Source: Chitinophaga pinensis | GTDB taxonomy: Bacteria > Bacteroidota > Bacteroidia > Bacteroidales > GCA-2748055 | DNA length: 64,000 nt | Assembly: GCA_945863035.1 (NCBI GenBank) | Contig: CAMAZH010000002.1 | Coordinates: 8,140 to 72,139, forward strand | Reading direction: 5' to 3' | Part shown: positions 54,570-64,000 of the stretch, piece after piece | Position numbering within the stretch: position 1 is the first letter of the stretch | Layout: each line of letters starts with the position of its first letter | Notes under the pieces: generated by a model | Told to the model about the DNA's origin: nothing | The model's input: only the letters and a program-made list of their open reading frames with translations | The model's database searches: none | Made by a program: the position numbers and the translations under genes

Positions 54570-57560
54570 TTACGGAACATCAGTTTCTCTTTTTTTCTGA
54601 TTATAAGGCATGGTTTCCAAAATCAGGTTTTCGCGCAGTGTGGGCTCATTCAGCTCAACATAGACCGTCATGTGTTCGCCGGGAAGAATATTCAGGTAGT
54701 TATCGCTCCAGAACGAGGGCAAAACCTCAAGCTTGGTATCTTTATCCTTAAGTTTCAGGGCAAGCATGTAAACAAGGGAACTCCCCGTGTTTTTCAGGGT
54801 CACTTTGTATTTCGCGCCTTGAACTTTTTCAACTTTGGTAATATTGACATCAAAATCGGCAACAGGTAGCTTGCTCAACTCTGTAAAATCGTCGTCAGGC
54901 TCGAGCCAGTAGAAATTTTCCGATAGTATGTCGCCACTTGGGCTGGTTACAGAAAGCTTTAGGAAGTTCAGATTTGGGTTTTCAGGAACCTGCCAGTTTG
55001 TATTGGTTACAGCATTTTTATCGAGAGAATACGATGCTTCATTTTTCCACAATTCTTTTAACTCACTATTGAACAATGCAGCTTTGATCGTTACACTATC
55101 AATTTTCGAATGGCCCGTGTTGATCACTACAACGCCCCTATCGTTTCGGTTATACTGAATATGTAATGGTTCCGAAGCTTTTTTGGCGCCATAGTATCCG
55201 GCGTGCGCCTGAAGGTACCAGTCATAAATCTGCCAGGTTAAACTGGGCCAGCTTGAATTCGATTTCCACAAAGCAAAGCCGCTTGAGTTTGTCCACAGCT
55301 GCCGGTTGATTGCTTCAATACTGGCACGATAGACATCATAGTTTACCAATTGACATTTATCAAGATAGTCTTGAACACCATTAATATCATTTCCGGAGGG
55401 AGGTCCATAGCCAAAGCGCACAATACTGTCGTAGGAGGAGAATTTACGTGTATCGCTGCCGGGCCAGTCATTGGCATCGTGATATGCCCATACCCCATCG
55501 ATAGGAAACCGGTCTTCGAGCCAGGATTTCCCGATATCGGGCATGAATTTCAATACGCTTTCAAAATCAGGAACGCCACTTGGCCCAATTTCACTACTGA
55601 ATCCATGCATGCGAGGCTCAGTGAAGTATGCTTCCGGCTTAAGGGTTTGATAAGGACCTCCCCCATGGATACCGTCTTCGGTGGAGCCTTTCAGATAAAA
55701 GCGGGAATCGCGCCCATCATGCAAAGGGAGTATCTTGTTCACGATAACTTCCTCTCCCGGGTTGACGCCCTCGTTACCTCCGCACCAAATAATCAGAGAA
55801 GGGTGATTCCTGTATTTCTTAACAATGGCAACCGTTGCTTTTTCATACAACGATTCGTTTGGACGGTATCCGGGGGTATTTCTCATGGTTCCCCAGTAAT
55901 CGCTCAGAAAATCCTGCCACAGCATTACTCCGTGTTCGTCGGCAGCTTCATAAAACACTTCGGGAGGCACACCGGTAGGCCCCCAAATGCGGAGCAAATT
56001 CAGATTGGCATTTTTTGTAAGCAATATTTCATCCGTATAACGATGCGCATTCGAATTCAGCATCATATCAATAACCCAGTTTCCTGCTTTGCAATAAATT
56101 TCTTTGCCATTAATTTTGAAAATCCTTTCATTGGCACCGATGAAAGTTTCTACCTCCCTGATCCCAAAGCGGGTTGTTTCTTTTGTGCTTTCACCCAGTT
56201 CATCCTTCAAATCCAAACTCAAAGTGTAAAGGTTTGGCAAACCGTAATCATGAGGCCACCAGAGTTTCGGGTTTTCTAGCTGCAATTCCCTGACAATTTC
56301 CTTTGTCCAGAAAAAACTTTTTGTCTCATTGGCATTTATGGAAAAATCATGCTGAAATTCTATTTTGCCATTTCCGGAATCTATTGTCCCGGTAATTTTT
56401 CCCGACTTCACTTTGCTATCATAGTTGATAACATCAAAAGAAACAGTGAGATCGGCAGAGCTTGTATCGGGCAAGGGCAGATCAGACGTAACATACAGAT
56501 TATCAATTTCCATGTTTCCTGTAAACGACAGGTAAACATCTTCGGTTATACCCATATCACGGTCGCGTATGGCTGGTTGCCAATCCCAACCAATGGCATC
56601 CCATTTGGTGTAGTCCCTGCTTATAATGCCGTCGGCCATGTTGGTGCCGGGATCGGCCAAGGGAGTAACAGGGTCGGGTGCAGGCTCTCCGGGATTATCA
56701 GGGGGAAATACAGCAATTGCCAGATAGTTCATTCCCTGTTTGTTGACAATCGCATCGATATTGAAACGGAATTGCCGCTCCATGCCAACCATTTCAACCG
56801 CATCGGCTAAAAGACGGCCATTCAGCCATACTTCGGCCCTGTAATTTATCTCATTGAAATTCAGCCAAACCATTTTATTGGAATTGATATTTTCCAGTTC
56901 AAATTCCGTTCTGTACCAATAGGGCTTTTTCCAGGGATTTTGATTGGGGATGTGGCTGTACTTCAATAAATCGAATTTTGAGTTGAAGATGTCATTTATA
57001 TCAGGAATCCGGGTATTGTTTATATTATGGTATGGATTTGGGTAAACACCATTCCTCACCAGAACCGTTAGGGCCGTTGCCGGCAAGCTGGTTGGATACC
57101 AACCTTCGTCCTCACGATATTCGGTGCTGAGCCGGGGCCCGGATGATGTATCGATAGCAGATGACTGCACCCTCCAGTTATACCTCAACAACTGTGCATC
57201 GTCGGGCAGTATGGAAAGCGGGCTATCATCAATTGAAAACCAGCTTGTATCGCTCTGCATGATTTCTCCGTTGATGATGGCTTTCACAAACCAGTGGTGC
57301 TTCCCGAAGGAAAGCGGAAAAGGAATCAGGCTATTCCGGAAAGAAGACAATGAATCCATCCTGACACCATCGATCCACACTTCGTAATACTCGCAATCGA
57401 CCTGAGACCAGGCCAATCCTGGGGTGTTGGTTGTGAAAACGGATTGGTTTTCAGGGGATACAATCCGCAGCTCGTTTTTGGAACAACCCGCAAACAGGAA
57501 TACTATTAATGCTATTGTTATTATCAGTTTTCCCCGGAAGCTCTTAAAATTTCGTTTCAT
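54570..57560 (-). CDS. GH2 family glycoside hydrolase (beta-mannosidase/exo-glucosaminidase-like), lipoprotein
   Basis: Lipobox (LFAGC). GH2 sugar-binding pattern (WYRTEFEL...LNFNEINYRAEVWLNGRLL), acid/base region WCGGNEG and nucleophile region FSSEIG. Confidence 0.8.
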   Translation of the reverse strand: MKRNFKSFRGKLIITIALIVFLFAGCSKNELRIVSPENQSVFTTNTPGLAWSQVDCEYYEVWIDGVRMDSLSSFRNSLIPFPLSFGKHHWFVKAIINGEIMQSDTSWFSIDDSPLSILPDDAQLLRYNWRVQSSAIDTSSGPRLSTEYREDEGWYPTSLPATALTVLVRNGVYPNPYHNINNTRIPDINDIFNSKFDLLKYSHIPNQNPWKKPYWYRTEFELENINSNKMVWLNFNEINYRAEVWLNGRLLADAVEMVGMERQFRFNIDAIVNKQGMNYLAIAVFPPDNPGEPAPDPVTPLADPGTNMADGIISRDYTKWDAIGWDWQPAIRDRDMGITEDVYLSFTGNMEIDNLYVTSDLPLPDTSSADLTVSFDVINYDSKVKSGKITGTIDSGNGKIEFQHDFSINANETKSFFWTKEIVRELQLENPKLWWPHDYGLPNLYTLSLDLKDELGESTKETTRFGIREVETFIGANERIFKINGKEIYCKAGNWVIDMMLNSNAHRYTDEILLTKNANLNLLRIWGPTGVPPEVFYEAADEHGVMLWQDFLSDYWGTMRNTPGYRPNESLYEKATVAIVKKYRNHPSLIIWCGGNEGVNPGEEVIVNKILPLHDGRDSRFYLKGSTEDGIHGGGPYQTLKPEAYFTEPRMHGFSSEIGPSGVPDFESVLKFMPDIGKSWLEDRFPIDGVWAYHDANDWPGSDTRKFSSYDSIVRFGYGPPSGNDINGVQDYLDKCQLVNYDVYRASIEAINRQLWTNSSGFALWKSNSSWPSLTWQIYDWYLQAHAGYYGAKKASEPLHIQYNRNDRGVVVINTGHSKIDSVTIKAALFNSELKELWKNEASYSLDKNAVTNTNWQVPENPNLNFLKLSVTSPSGDILSENFYWLEPDDDFTELSKLPVADFDVNITKVEKVQGAKYKVTLKNTGSSLVYMLALKLKDKDTKLEVLPSFWSDNYLNILPGEHMTVYVELNEPTLRENLILETMPYNQKKRETDVP

Positions 57561-57714
57561 TTTTCAGATTTTATTGATTCTTTGGATATCTTTCACCTTT
57601 TGAAACTTTGGAAATTCATGTTTTCAATGTATGCCTTCTGATTCTACCCCTTTGATCGAGATTATCGCCCAACTGAAACAATTAGATACTTGTCAGTTCA
57701 GATTAAATTTGCAA

Positions 57715-60189
57715 TCAGGGTATGACCACTTTTCTGAAATCAGTTATCTTTTGCCTCGAGCAATTTACAATGTATATACCTGAGCCAGGCATGTCAATCG
57801 TAAGTCTCTCGGTGCAAAGTCCTCGATAAATAAGCCTCCCCTCAATGGTATACACTTCCACCATAAAAGCTTCGGGCATTTTACCTTTCGCAACGACCGA
57901 TAACAACTTACTATCCGAAGTGATTACAATCTCTTCCGGATAACTTGAATTTTCTATTGAGACAACCGAATCCACATAAACAAAAGTTACAGGGTCTTTT
58001 GAAATACGGCCCTGTACATCGATTGCGTAGAAGAAATATTTGCCCTTCGCAAGGCCCTCGGTGTAGATATTAATACTTGTTAATGCCTCAGGTACTAGTA
58101 CTGAAAGTGCATCACCTGCAAATATCGCATTTTCCAAATCCAGCACTGAGGTAATTACAAGGCCTTGTTTAACGAGGAACAGCTTGCCGACTTTTGAGGA
58201 AATCGCAGTAACAAAAACTCCAGGAGCATTTGTGACTCTCTGAAATTCGACATAAACAACCGGTCTTTTATCCGGCTCCTTGTAGCTTGCAACAGCCAGT
58301 ACATTGAGGGGGAGACCTTCTTTGGAGCGAACTTTTTCAGCATTGATAAAAATGGTAGCATCATTCTTAAGAATCGGTATCTGATGAAAAGTAAAAAGAA
58401 CAGTATTTTCAGCAGCTAGTGAAATATCCCAGTCAAGATTCTGGACCCCGGCAGTGCCGGAAATGGTATACATAGCTTTCTCTTTTGCGATAAGGGAGTC
58501 GACGGGCAAATTGAATTTCAGCAGAAATGTACTGTCGGTGAGCTGTTCAAGCAATGATATCAAAGAAAAGTATTTCACATCAGTTAATCTGTCAGCAAGC
58601 TGAGCATTGTAAAGCGAGGATGGAAAAAGTCCCTTCACATTTTGTCCTTCCCATTCTCCATCAGGTCGGTCAGTGGCCCAGCCTTTATCTTTATAGCCTT
58701 GGAATCCGATATTATAGTTTTTTCCACTAGCCCATGGACTTTGACAAATAGAGCTGGTAGCCTTGCAATTCCAGAATACCTGGTTTACACCTGCCCAGCC
58801 GTGACCTGTTCCGCTATTCCCCCTATCCTGGACATCAATTGCGCCGCTTGTAACAATAGAGTCGAAGAGTGTGCCCATAGCCCAACGGTGATGAGGTCCG
58901 GCGTCATTCCAGGCATATTCAGCAGTGCTTTGAGAGAAGACATTCGGGCCACAAACTCTCGCAGAAGTTACATAATCATGTCTGCCATTGGAGGTAAAAC
59001 AGTTTTTTATCAGGCTTAATTGTCCTTCAATATTAAATGAGTAGCGCCATCCGCCATCGATAACCGACTTTGGGTCTAAACACTTAGAGTTTAAAACGGA
59101 AATATGTTTTGCATCCCATCCAACTGAAACGCAGGAATATGAAAAGTATTTTGAAACAACATCCCTTGCCCATGAATGCTCTGCATTTCTGAACAATACC
59201 CCATACATGGCATGTGCGTTATCAGTATCAAAGGCATATTCTGATTTTAATAAAATGTTTTCAACCCCTATATGCCTGAATCTGGGCATTGAAGCTTTAA
59301 ACACATATCCGCCGCCATATTTTTCTTCAAATGCCATTACTATTGGATTTCTGAAGAAAAGGGTATCTCCGCTGACTTTTGTTACAACTCTCTCAAAATA
59401 AAACGAATAACTATCAGGGGTCCATTGCACAACCCCATCTTTATAAGGAATTTTGTCCATTTTCAGATCTGATATCCAGTTCTGAGTTCCGGGCCTGTAC
59501 AATGCGATCTCATCACTCTGCGCAAAGAATTCAGGATTCTCCACCAAAATATACTTGCGTCCCACAGGCACATAATTTTCCTTAATCTTTGTTTTTGTTC
59601 CCTGATCAACCGACAGGTTTTTATCCAGGCCCACATCAATCAATGGCCTTTGGCCGGTGCCGGTAGCCACAATTACGGTTCCCTCTTCAGAATTTCCTTC
59701 CCCCCTTAACACAACTCCATCAGTCTGCAGATAAATAGAGCCTGCCACCTGGTATTCGCCTTTCTTAAGCAACAGTGTACCCCTGTATCCATTTTCATTC
59801 AGTGGCATTGCGGATATTGTGTTAATTGCGCTTTGAATATTTATGTAATCGTCGCCCTCAACTGGCGACACTTCAAGCACCACAGGCACTTCGGGTATCG
59901 GGATGTCGCCGTAATGATACCCTACATGACTGAAATCAGGTATGGTGTTACCCAAGGAATCGGCTGCATATTCAAGCTTCCCACCTTTTCCATAAAAAAC
60001 AAGGGCAGAGGACCATTGCATGGTATCTGAAACGTTCTGTTGGAGACTCCCCGCCAAATAATTGAATACCCGTGAATTGCTGTTTCCGGTAAAAGCGTTT
60101 GTGGATTTGTGCCCATAGGCCAAATGGCTGCAGCTTATTGAAACCAGGAATAAGCTCAGACACCTGTATTTTCTGACAATACTTTTCAT
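57715..60189 (-). CDS. Secreted right-handed beta-helix (pectate-lyase-fold) protein with T9SS C-terminal sorting domain
   Basis: Signal peptide and a Pectate_lyase_3-like N-terminus (DDYINIQSAINTIS...GTLLLKKGEYQVAGSIYL...GVVLRGEG). The last ~80 aa fit the T9SS type-A CTD pattern (MVEVYTIEGRLIY...GSGIYIVNC...RKVVIP). Confidence 0.6.
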   Translation of the reverse strand: MKSIVRKYRCLSLFLVSISCSHLAYGHKSTNAFTGNSNSRVFNYLAGSLQQNVSDTMQWSSALVFYGKGGKLEYAADSLGNTIPDFSHVGYHYGDIPIPEVPVVLEVSPVEGDDYINIQSAINTISAMPLNENGYRGTLLLKKGEYQVAGSIYLQTDGVVLRGEGNSEEGTVIVATGTGQRPLIDVGLDKNLSVDQGTKTKIKENYVPVGRKYILVENPEFFAQSDEIALYRPGTQNWISDLKMDKIPYKDGVVQWTPDSYSFYFERVVTKVSGDTLFFRNPIVMAFEEKYGGGYVFKASMPRFRHIGVENILLKSEYAFDTDNAHAMYGVLFRNAEHSWARDVVSKYFSYSCVSVGWDAKHISVLNSKCLDPKSVIDGGWRYSFNIEGQLSLIKNCFTSNGRHDYVTSARVCGPNVFSQSTAEYAWNDAGPHHRWAMGTLFDSIVTSGAIDVQDRGNSGTGHGWAGVNQVFWNCKATSSICQSPWASGKNYNIGFQGYKDKGWATDRPDGEWEGQNVKGLFPSSLYNAQLADRLTDVKYFSLISLLEQLTDSTFLLKFNLPVDSLIAKEKAMYTISGTAGVQNLDWDISLAAENTVLFTFHQIPILKNDATIFINAEKVRSKEGLPLNVLAVASYKEPDKRPVVYVEFQRVTNAPGVFVTAISSKVGKLFLVKQGLVITSVLDLENAIFAGDALSVLVPEALTSINIYTEGLAKGKYFFYAIDVQGRISKDPVTFVYVDSVVSIENSSYPEEIVITSDSKLLSVVAKGKMPEAFMVEVYTIEGRLIYRGLCTERLTIDMPGSGIYIVNCSRQKITDFRKVVIP

Positions 60190-60241
60190 CGGGTAATGTG
60201 TTTTTATAGGTTAAATTCAAATACAATACTTCATAAAGAAA

Positions 60242-61792
60242 TTAATATAAGTGAGGATGCGAGTCCTTAGTAACGGGAGATGGTTTCTCATTGAGGATAA
60301 AAAAGGGCATTTTATCCCACAATGCTTCGCCAAAGGCTCTTGGATCTCCGGTTTTCGAAAGGAATGCGATAAGTTGCCCCTCCAATTCCTTAAGTTTTTT
60401 GGAATGCTGCTCCTGGTAAGCCAAATTATAAATGTTCGCAGGGTCGGAGGAAAGGTTGTATAATTCGTATTCAGGACGCTTGGAGAAAGCCAAATCAAAA
60501 TAATCAGAAATATCCGGATTATATTGGTTTTCGATAACAAACTGTTTTGTAGGAGATCCATCCACGTCGCCATAATCGGAGTTATACAAGGGCACAAAGG
60601 GTGGAGGATCACCAGCCGGCCACCGGTCGGGTTCGAAATTGCGGATAAGCAACCATTCCCGGGTCCGGAGCGCTCGAACGGGATAGCCTAAACCTCCTTT
60701 CCTGCTCCATGTATGCCTTTCAAAAGCGGTAACAGTAAAATCATTGTTTTTATCAATCATTCCCGACAGTGGTGACAACAAGACCTTGCCCAGACTTTTT
60801 CCGCTCATCTCTTTTGGAAGCGGGATTCCGGCAATTTCAAGAAGCGTGGGACCTATGTCTGTAAGGTTAACGATATCATCCACTGTTCTTCCACTTTTAA
60901 TAGCTTTTCCCCAGCATATCGCAAGTGGGATATGGGTGCCATATTCATAAAGATTTGCCTTTGCATGAGGAAAAGGCATTCCATTATCCGATGTGACGAT
61001 GATTATGGTGTTGTCAAGCTCCCCCCTTTTCTCAAGGAGCTCAAGCATCCGAAGCAAATGCCGATCCTGGTGGTTGATTTCATAATAATAATCGAGCAGG
61101 TCGGAGCGGATTTCGGGAGTATCGGGAAGAAAAGCCGGCACTTTCACAGAATCTATGCTCATACCTGAAGACAATCCAATGCCTTTTGCATAGACCCGAT
61201 GAGGTTCGCTTACTCCCATCCAGAAGAAAAATGGACGGGCTGTATCCCTTTCGCCAAGAAATTTCTCAAAAGAAGCAGCATAATCGCAGTTTGCAAGGCC
61301 TTCGGGATAAGGATCAACCGGAGCAACCAGATAAGCTTTTCCAAATGGATTTGTATGGTATACCGAATCTTTCATATTCCCGGGCCAGTAGCCTTTATAA
61401 CACATGGCAGATTCATAACCTGCACTTTCGAGCAGATGAGTAAATAAAGGATATTTTCGGGGGATTCCGCCAAACAGCAAAGCACCTTCTTCCAGCTGCC
61501 AGGGGTAACGGCCGGTAAGAATAGAAGCCCGGCATGGGGCACAGGATGGAGAGGGACAAAAAGCATTTCTGAAAAGCACGCCGTTTCTTGCAACCCGGTC
61601 GAAACCAGGTGTCTGCACCTGATTTTCGCCTGAGATCGAGGTGTTAAGCCAGGATTGATCATCAGTTATGTAAAATAGAATATTGGGTTTATTACCAGGG
61701 AATGATAAACCAGCGGAAGCATTATGACTGTCTTCGCGGATACATTGGGTAAGTAATAAGCTTCCGGTAAGCAATGATAATCTGTAATTCAT
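60242..61792 (-). CDS. Sulfatase (formylglycine-dependent arylsulfatase family)
   Basis: ILFYITDDQ metal-binding motif and C-x-P-x-R site (SCAPCRASILTGR). Signal/lipobox-like MNYRLSLLTGSLLLTQC. The start at ATG 61792 overlaps the upstream stop (TAATG). Confidence 0.85.
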   Translation of the reverse strand: MNYRLSLLTGSLLLTQCIREDSHNASAGLSFPGNKPNILFYITDDQSWLNTSISGENQVQTPGFDRVARNGVLFRNAFCPSPSCAPCRASILTGRYPWQLEEGALLFGGIPRKYPLFTHLLESAGYESAMCYKGYWPGNMKDSVYHTNPFGKAYLVAPVDPYPEGLANCDYAASFEKFLGERDTARPFFFWMGVSEPHRVYAKGIGLSSGMSIDSVKVPAFLPDTPEIRSDLLDYYYEINHQDRHLLRMLELLEKRGELDNTIIIVTSDNGMPFPHAKANLYEYGTHIPLAICWGKAIKSGRTVDDIVNLTDIGPTLLEIAGIPLPKEMSGKSLGKVLLSPLSGMIDKNNDFTVTAFERHTWSRKGGLGYPVRALRTREWLLIRNFEPDRWPAGDPPPFVPLYNSDYGDVDGSPTKQFVIENQYNPDISDYFDLAFSKRPEYELYNLSSDPANIYNLAYQEQHSKKLKELEGQLIAFLSKTGDPRAFGEALWDKMPFFILNEKPSPVTKDSHPHLY

Positions 61793-63999
61793 TAATTCTG
61801 TATTTGTTTTAACTGAACCGGCCCCAATAATCCGGAGGGTGAAAACTCCCATTCGGAAACATTAAAAGGGGCGTATCTGTAAAGTATCAATTCCTTTTCT
61901 TGAAACGGGATTGGGTATGATGTAATCCAAATCTCAGGAGTTAGCTTGGTTAAGTCCGGATTAAAGGCCATAACATAAGCTTTAATCGGTTTACCTTTCA
62001 TATCAGGTGTCAGGTGTAAATAGTAGGTGTAATTTTTATCAACTTTACGTACCGGAACCTCCCAGGTATTAGAAGGGTAAGATGGGCTGCGATCGGGACA
62101 TCCCACATATTTACCGTCGATTTCAAATGAAGCATAGGCAGTTTCGGCACCGTGAGCCCCGTTTATCGCTACGCACAGATAACTGTTTTCAGGGATTTCA
62201 TCCAACACAAATTCTGACAACCAACATTTTTGAGCCTTGAAGATATTTCCGGACCACCAATGATCTGAGACATAAGTTTTAAAAAGGTTCGATGCGCGCC
62301 AGTTTTCGCGCGAGACCATGATATTATTATTGTATCCCTCTATTTCAGAAATTCTCAGGGGAGCGGGATTGAACCGTAAATAACGGATTGAATCAAAGTT
62401 GGACAAATCAAGTTCCGAAACCTGCCCGGCAAGGAATACAACAGCTGTCCAATTATTCAAGTCTTTGGACACATAAGCAGTAACTCCCTCTTCCGATTTA
62501 AGCGGCTGGAGAGAATACTCGTCGAATGTTTTAATTATCAGTTTGTCAAGATGCTGAATGGTTCCTAAGTCCAGGAGAAAGGAAGAATTACCGAGCCGCT
62601 GGTCGCCCCAAAGCATACTGGAGGAAAAGGCTGATTTTGGGTTGCTGTCGAATAAATACTTATCCCAAACTTCACGACCTTTAAATACCTGCTGGTTAAA
62701 AAACGCGTTTCGGGCATTTTCTACCTGTGGAATCGCGGATGAGCCCGAACGGTTTAAGGAACGTACCTCAAGAGCATTGTTATCGGCGGCATAGCAGGTT
62801 GCATAATACAGTGCTTCTGCATCATCAGGCACTTCACACTTCTCCATTTCCGATATTTTCCGGTGATAATTATTCTTTAATTCCTCTCCTTCAAAATTGA
62901 TCTTTAATTTCTTTCCTTTCAAAATGGAGGAGACATCCTGTGCTTCCAGTTCCGCTTTTGAAAATCCGGTATTTTGTTGTGTAAATCTGAAGGAATATTC
63001 TTTCCCTGGCATTCCCAGCAGTTTAATCTTAACCGGTTTTCCGGGAATATCCCTGATAATTTCATAGGGTCCACCGGCTATTTCAAAACCTTGTTCCGGT
63101 ATCCCCGAGATTTTCACAAGGCAAGTTCTGAATGGCAAAACCTCAACCTGGATCTGTGAGCCGAAACCGAATTCACCCAAAAGCTCTATGTATGGATGAT
63201 ATTGAGTGACTGTCAATTTCGAGGACTCCTTAAGCCCAATACTTTGATCCAGCGAAAGCGTGTATTTCACAGGCATCCAGGTAAGATTCCTGAGTGTAAG
63301 CAGCCGTATGTTTTCATCTCCTCTGGAAACAGCATTTGGACCATATTCTTTCTCAGGCAGTACAAGACCGTTAACCAAGATATCACGGTATTGTCGGTGG
63401 AGGTTAAAAATGAAAGCAAGCTTTGGAAACTCCCTGTCGTTCAATAACCATGGATTTGCATAAATCTGGGGAGCCAAAATCAGATTACGGTTAAACGCCT
63501 GAAGAATAAGATCATCCTCCCAATAATCGAGGCAAGAGGAAAGGCATACTCCGTGATCCTCCGTTAAACGTGTCAGGCCAGGCGGCAATTCTCGTTTCAG
63601 GGCGCAGGCTCTATGATGGCTTGCTGTGATGTCGTTAGCCATATGCACATCGATATAGGTTTCGGCTCCGCCAAACAGATATGTGGTGGAATGTTTTGTT
63701 CCGGGACCAAGATCCAAACGGTGATTCAAAAGAATAAGGTCGGGGGAGTATTCCCGGCAGGCGGACATCATCCGGTCGAAGGCATCATATTTTTCCGGAC
63801 GCAGCTGACCGCATACCGCATCCATTTTAAACAATTTAAAATTATAATCCCTGCAGAGGCTTATCATAAGTTCTGTTCTTGACTTTTCTTCTTCCTCTGT
63901 GCTGCCAAAGCCATCGGGGCCTCCCCATATACCCAGCCTGGTATTCATGAGAGCAGCCTCTTTGCTCAAAGGTCCGAAGCCCCCCGGAAACTGCTTCAT
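61792..63999 (-). CDS. Putative glycoside hydrolase, 5'-truncated by the window edge (clan GH-D-like TIM-barrel motifs plus C-terminal beta-sandwich/discoidin-like region)
   Basis: The ORF is open to the window end and has no signal peptide, so the N-terminus probably lies beyond 64000. RLGIWGGPDG then FKLFKMDAV resemble the GLW.EPE / KWD strands of GH27/GH36 enzymes. The family assignment is weak. Confidence 0.45.
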   Translation of the reverse strand: MKQFPGGFGPLSKEAALMNTRLGIWGGPDGFGSTEEEEKSRTELMISLCRDYNFKLFKMDAVCGQLRPEKYDAFDRMMSACREYSPDLILLNHRLDLGPGTKHSTTYLFGGAETYIDVHMANDITASHHRACALKRELPPGLTRLTEDHGVCLSSCLDYWEDDLILQAFNRNLILAPQIYANPWLLNDREFPKLAFIFNLHRQYRDILVNGLVLPEKEYGPNAVSRGDENIRLLTLRNLTWMPVKYTLSLDQSIGLKESSKLTVTQYHPYIELLGEFGFGSQIQVEVLPFRTCLVKISGIPEQGFEIAGGPYEIIRDIPGKPVKIKLLGMPGKEYSFRFTQQNTGFSKAELEAQDVSSILKGKKLKINFEGEELKNNYHRKISEMEKCEVPDDAEALYYATCYAADNNALEVRSLNRSGSSAIPQVENARNAFFNQQVFKGREVWDKYLFDSNPKSAFSSSMLWGDQRLGNSSFLLDLGTIQHLDKLIIKTFDEYSLQPLKSEEGVTAYVSKDLNNWTAVVFLAGQVSELDLSNFDSIRYLRFNPAPLRISEIEGYNNNIMVSRENWRASNLFKTYVSDHWWSGNIFKAQKCWLSEFVLDEIPENSYLCVAINGAHGAETAYASFEIDGKYVGCPDRSPSYPSNTWEVPVRKVDKNYTYYLHLTPDMKGKPIKAYVMAFNPDLTKLTPEIWITSYPIPFQEKELILYRYAPFNVSEWEFSPSGLLGPVQLKQIQN

Positions 64000-64000
64000 G

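Noticed and set aside
55350-56279. 309-aa ORF on the plus strand
   Set aside because: It is fully contained antisense within the well-supported GH2 gene and has no recognisable domain. The smaller antisense ORFs at 54549-54869, 54928-55158, 56349-56810 and 57124-57387 are rejected for the same reason.
60217-60612. 131-aa minus-strand ORF, plus the small plus-strand ORFs across 60251-61447
   Set aside because: They lie in alternative frames or on the antisense strand of the sulfatase gene and have no supporting motifs.

Overview
This looks like a chromosomal segment of a Bacteroidota (Bacteroidia-like) genome. The evidence is TAnnTTTG -7 promoter elements, two hybrid two-component regulators with AraC outputs, and a T9SS C-terminal sorting domain. 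Roughly 1-26 kb is housekeeping: rpsF-rpsR-rplI, ridA, an LptD-like protein, an Amidase_3/SPOR amidase, MlaD, dnaA, yigZ, pyrBI, a nucleoside phosphorylase, an NAD epimerase, rny, zapA, an M23 peptidase, anmK, an Fe-ADH, a C69 peptidase, HlyD/TolC and rplS. At 26.6-29.9 kb there are three separately terminated genes: a secreted tetrahaem cytochrome c, an unknown lipoprotein, and a membrane-anchored heptahaem cytochrome with ImcH-like architecture. At 30-32.8 kb there is an AsmA-family protein. From 33.2 kb to the window end there is a ~31 kb glycan-utilisation region. Block 1 (minus strand) encodes GH28-like, two GH63/MGH1-like, GH59 and a cytoplasmic URO-D-family protein, and is bracketed by two paralogous hybrid two-component regulators. 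Block 2 (minus strand) encodes a partial glycosidase, a sulfatase, a T9SS-secreted beta-helix protein, GH2, a GPH symporter, GH130 and an AGE-family epimerase. No SusC/SusD pair is present anywhere in the window. I found no rRNA, tRNA, CRISPR array, transposase, integrase or recognisable defence genes. The most noteworthy items are the ImcH-like cytochrome cluster, a 195-nt 6S-RNA-like structured element between zapA and rny, the URO-D-like gene inside a glycoside hydrolase operon, the SusCD-less dual-regulator glycan locus, and 16-nt-periodic AATTTGAAAATT arrays flanking ridA. All family calls come from motif and similarity recognition by eye; no searches were run.
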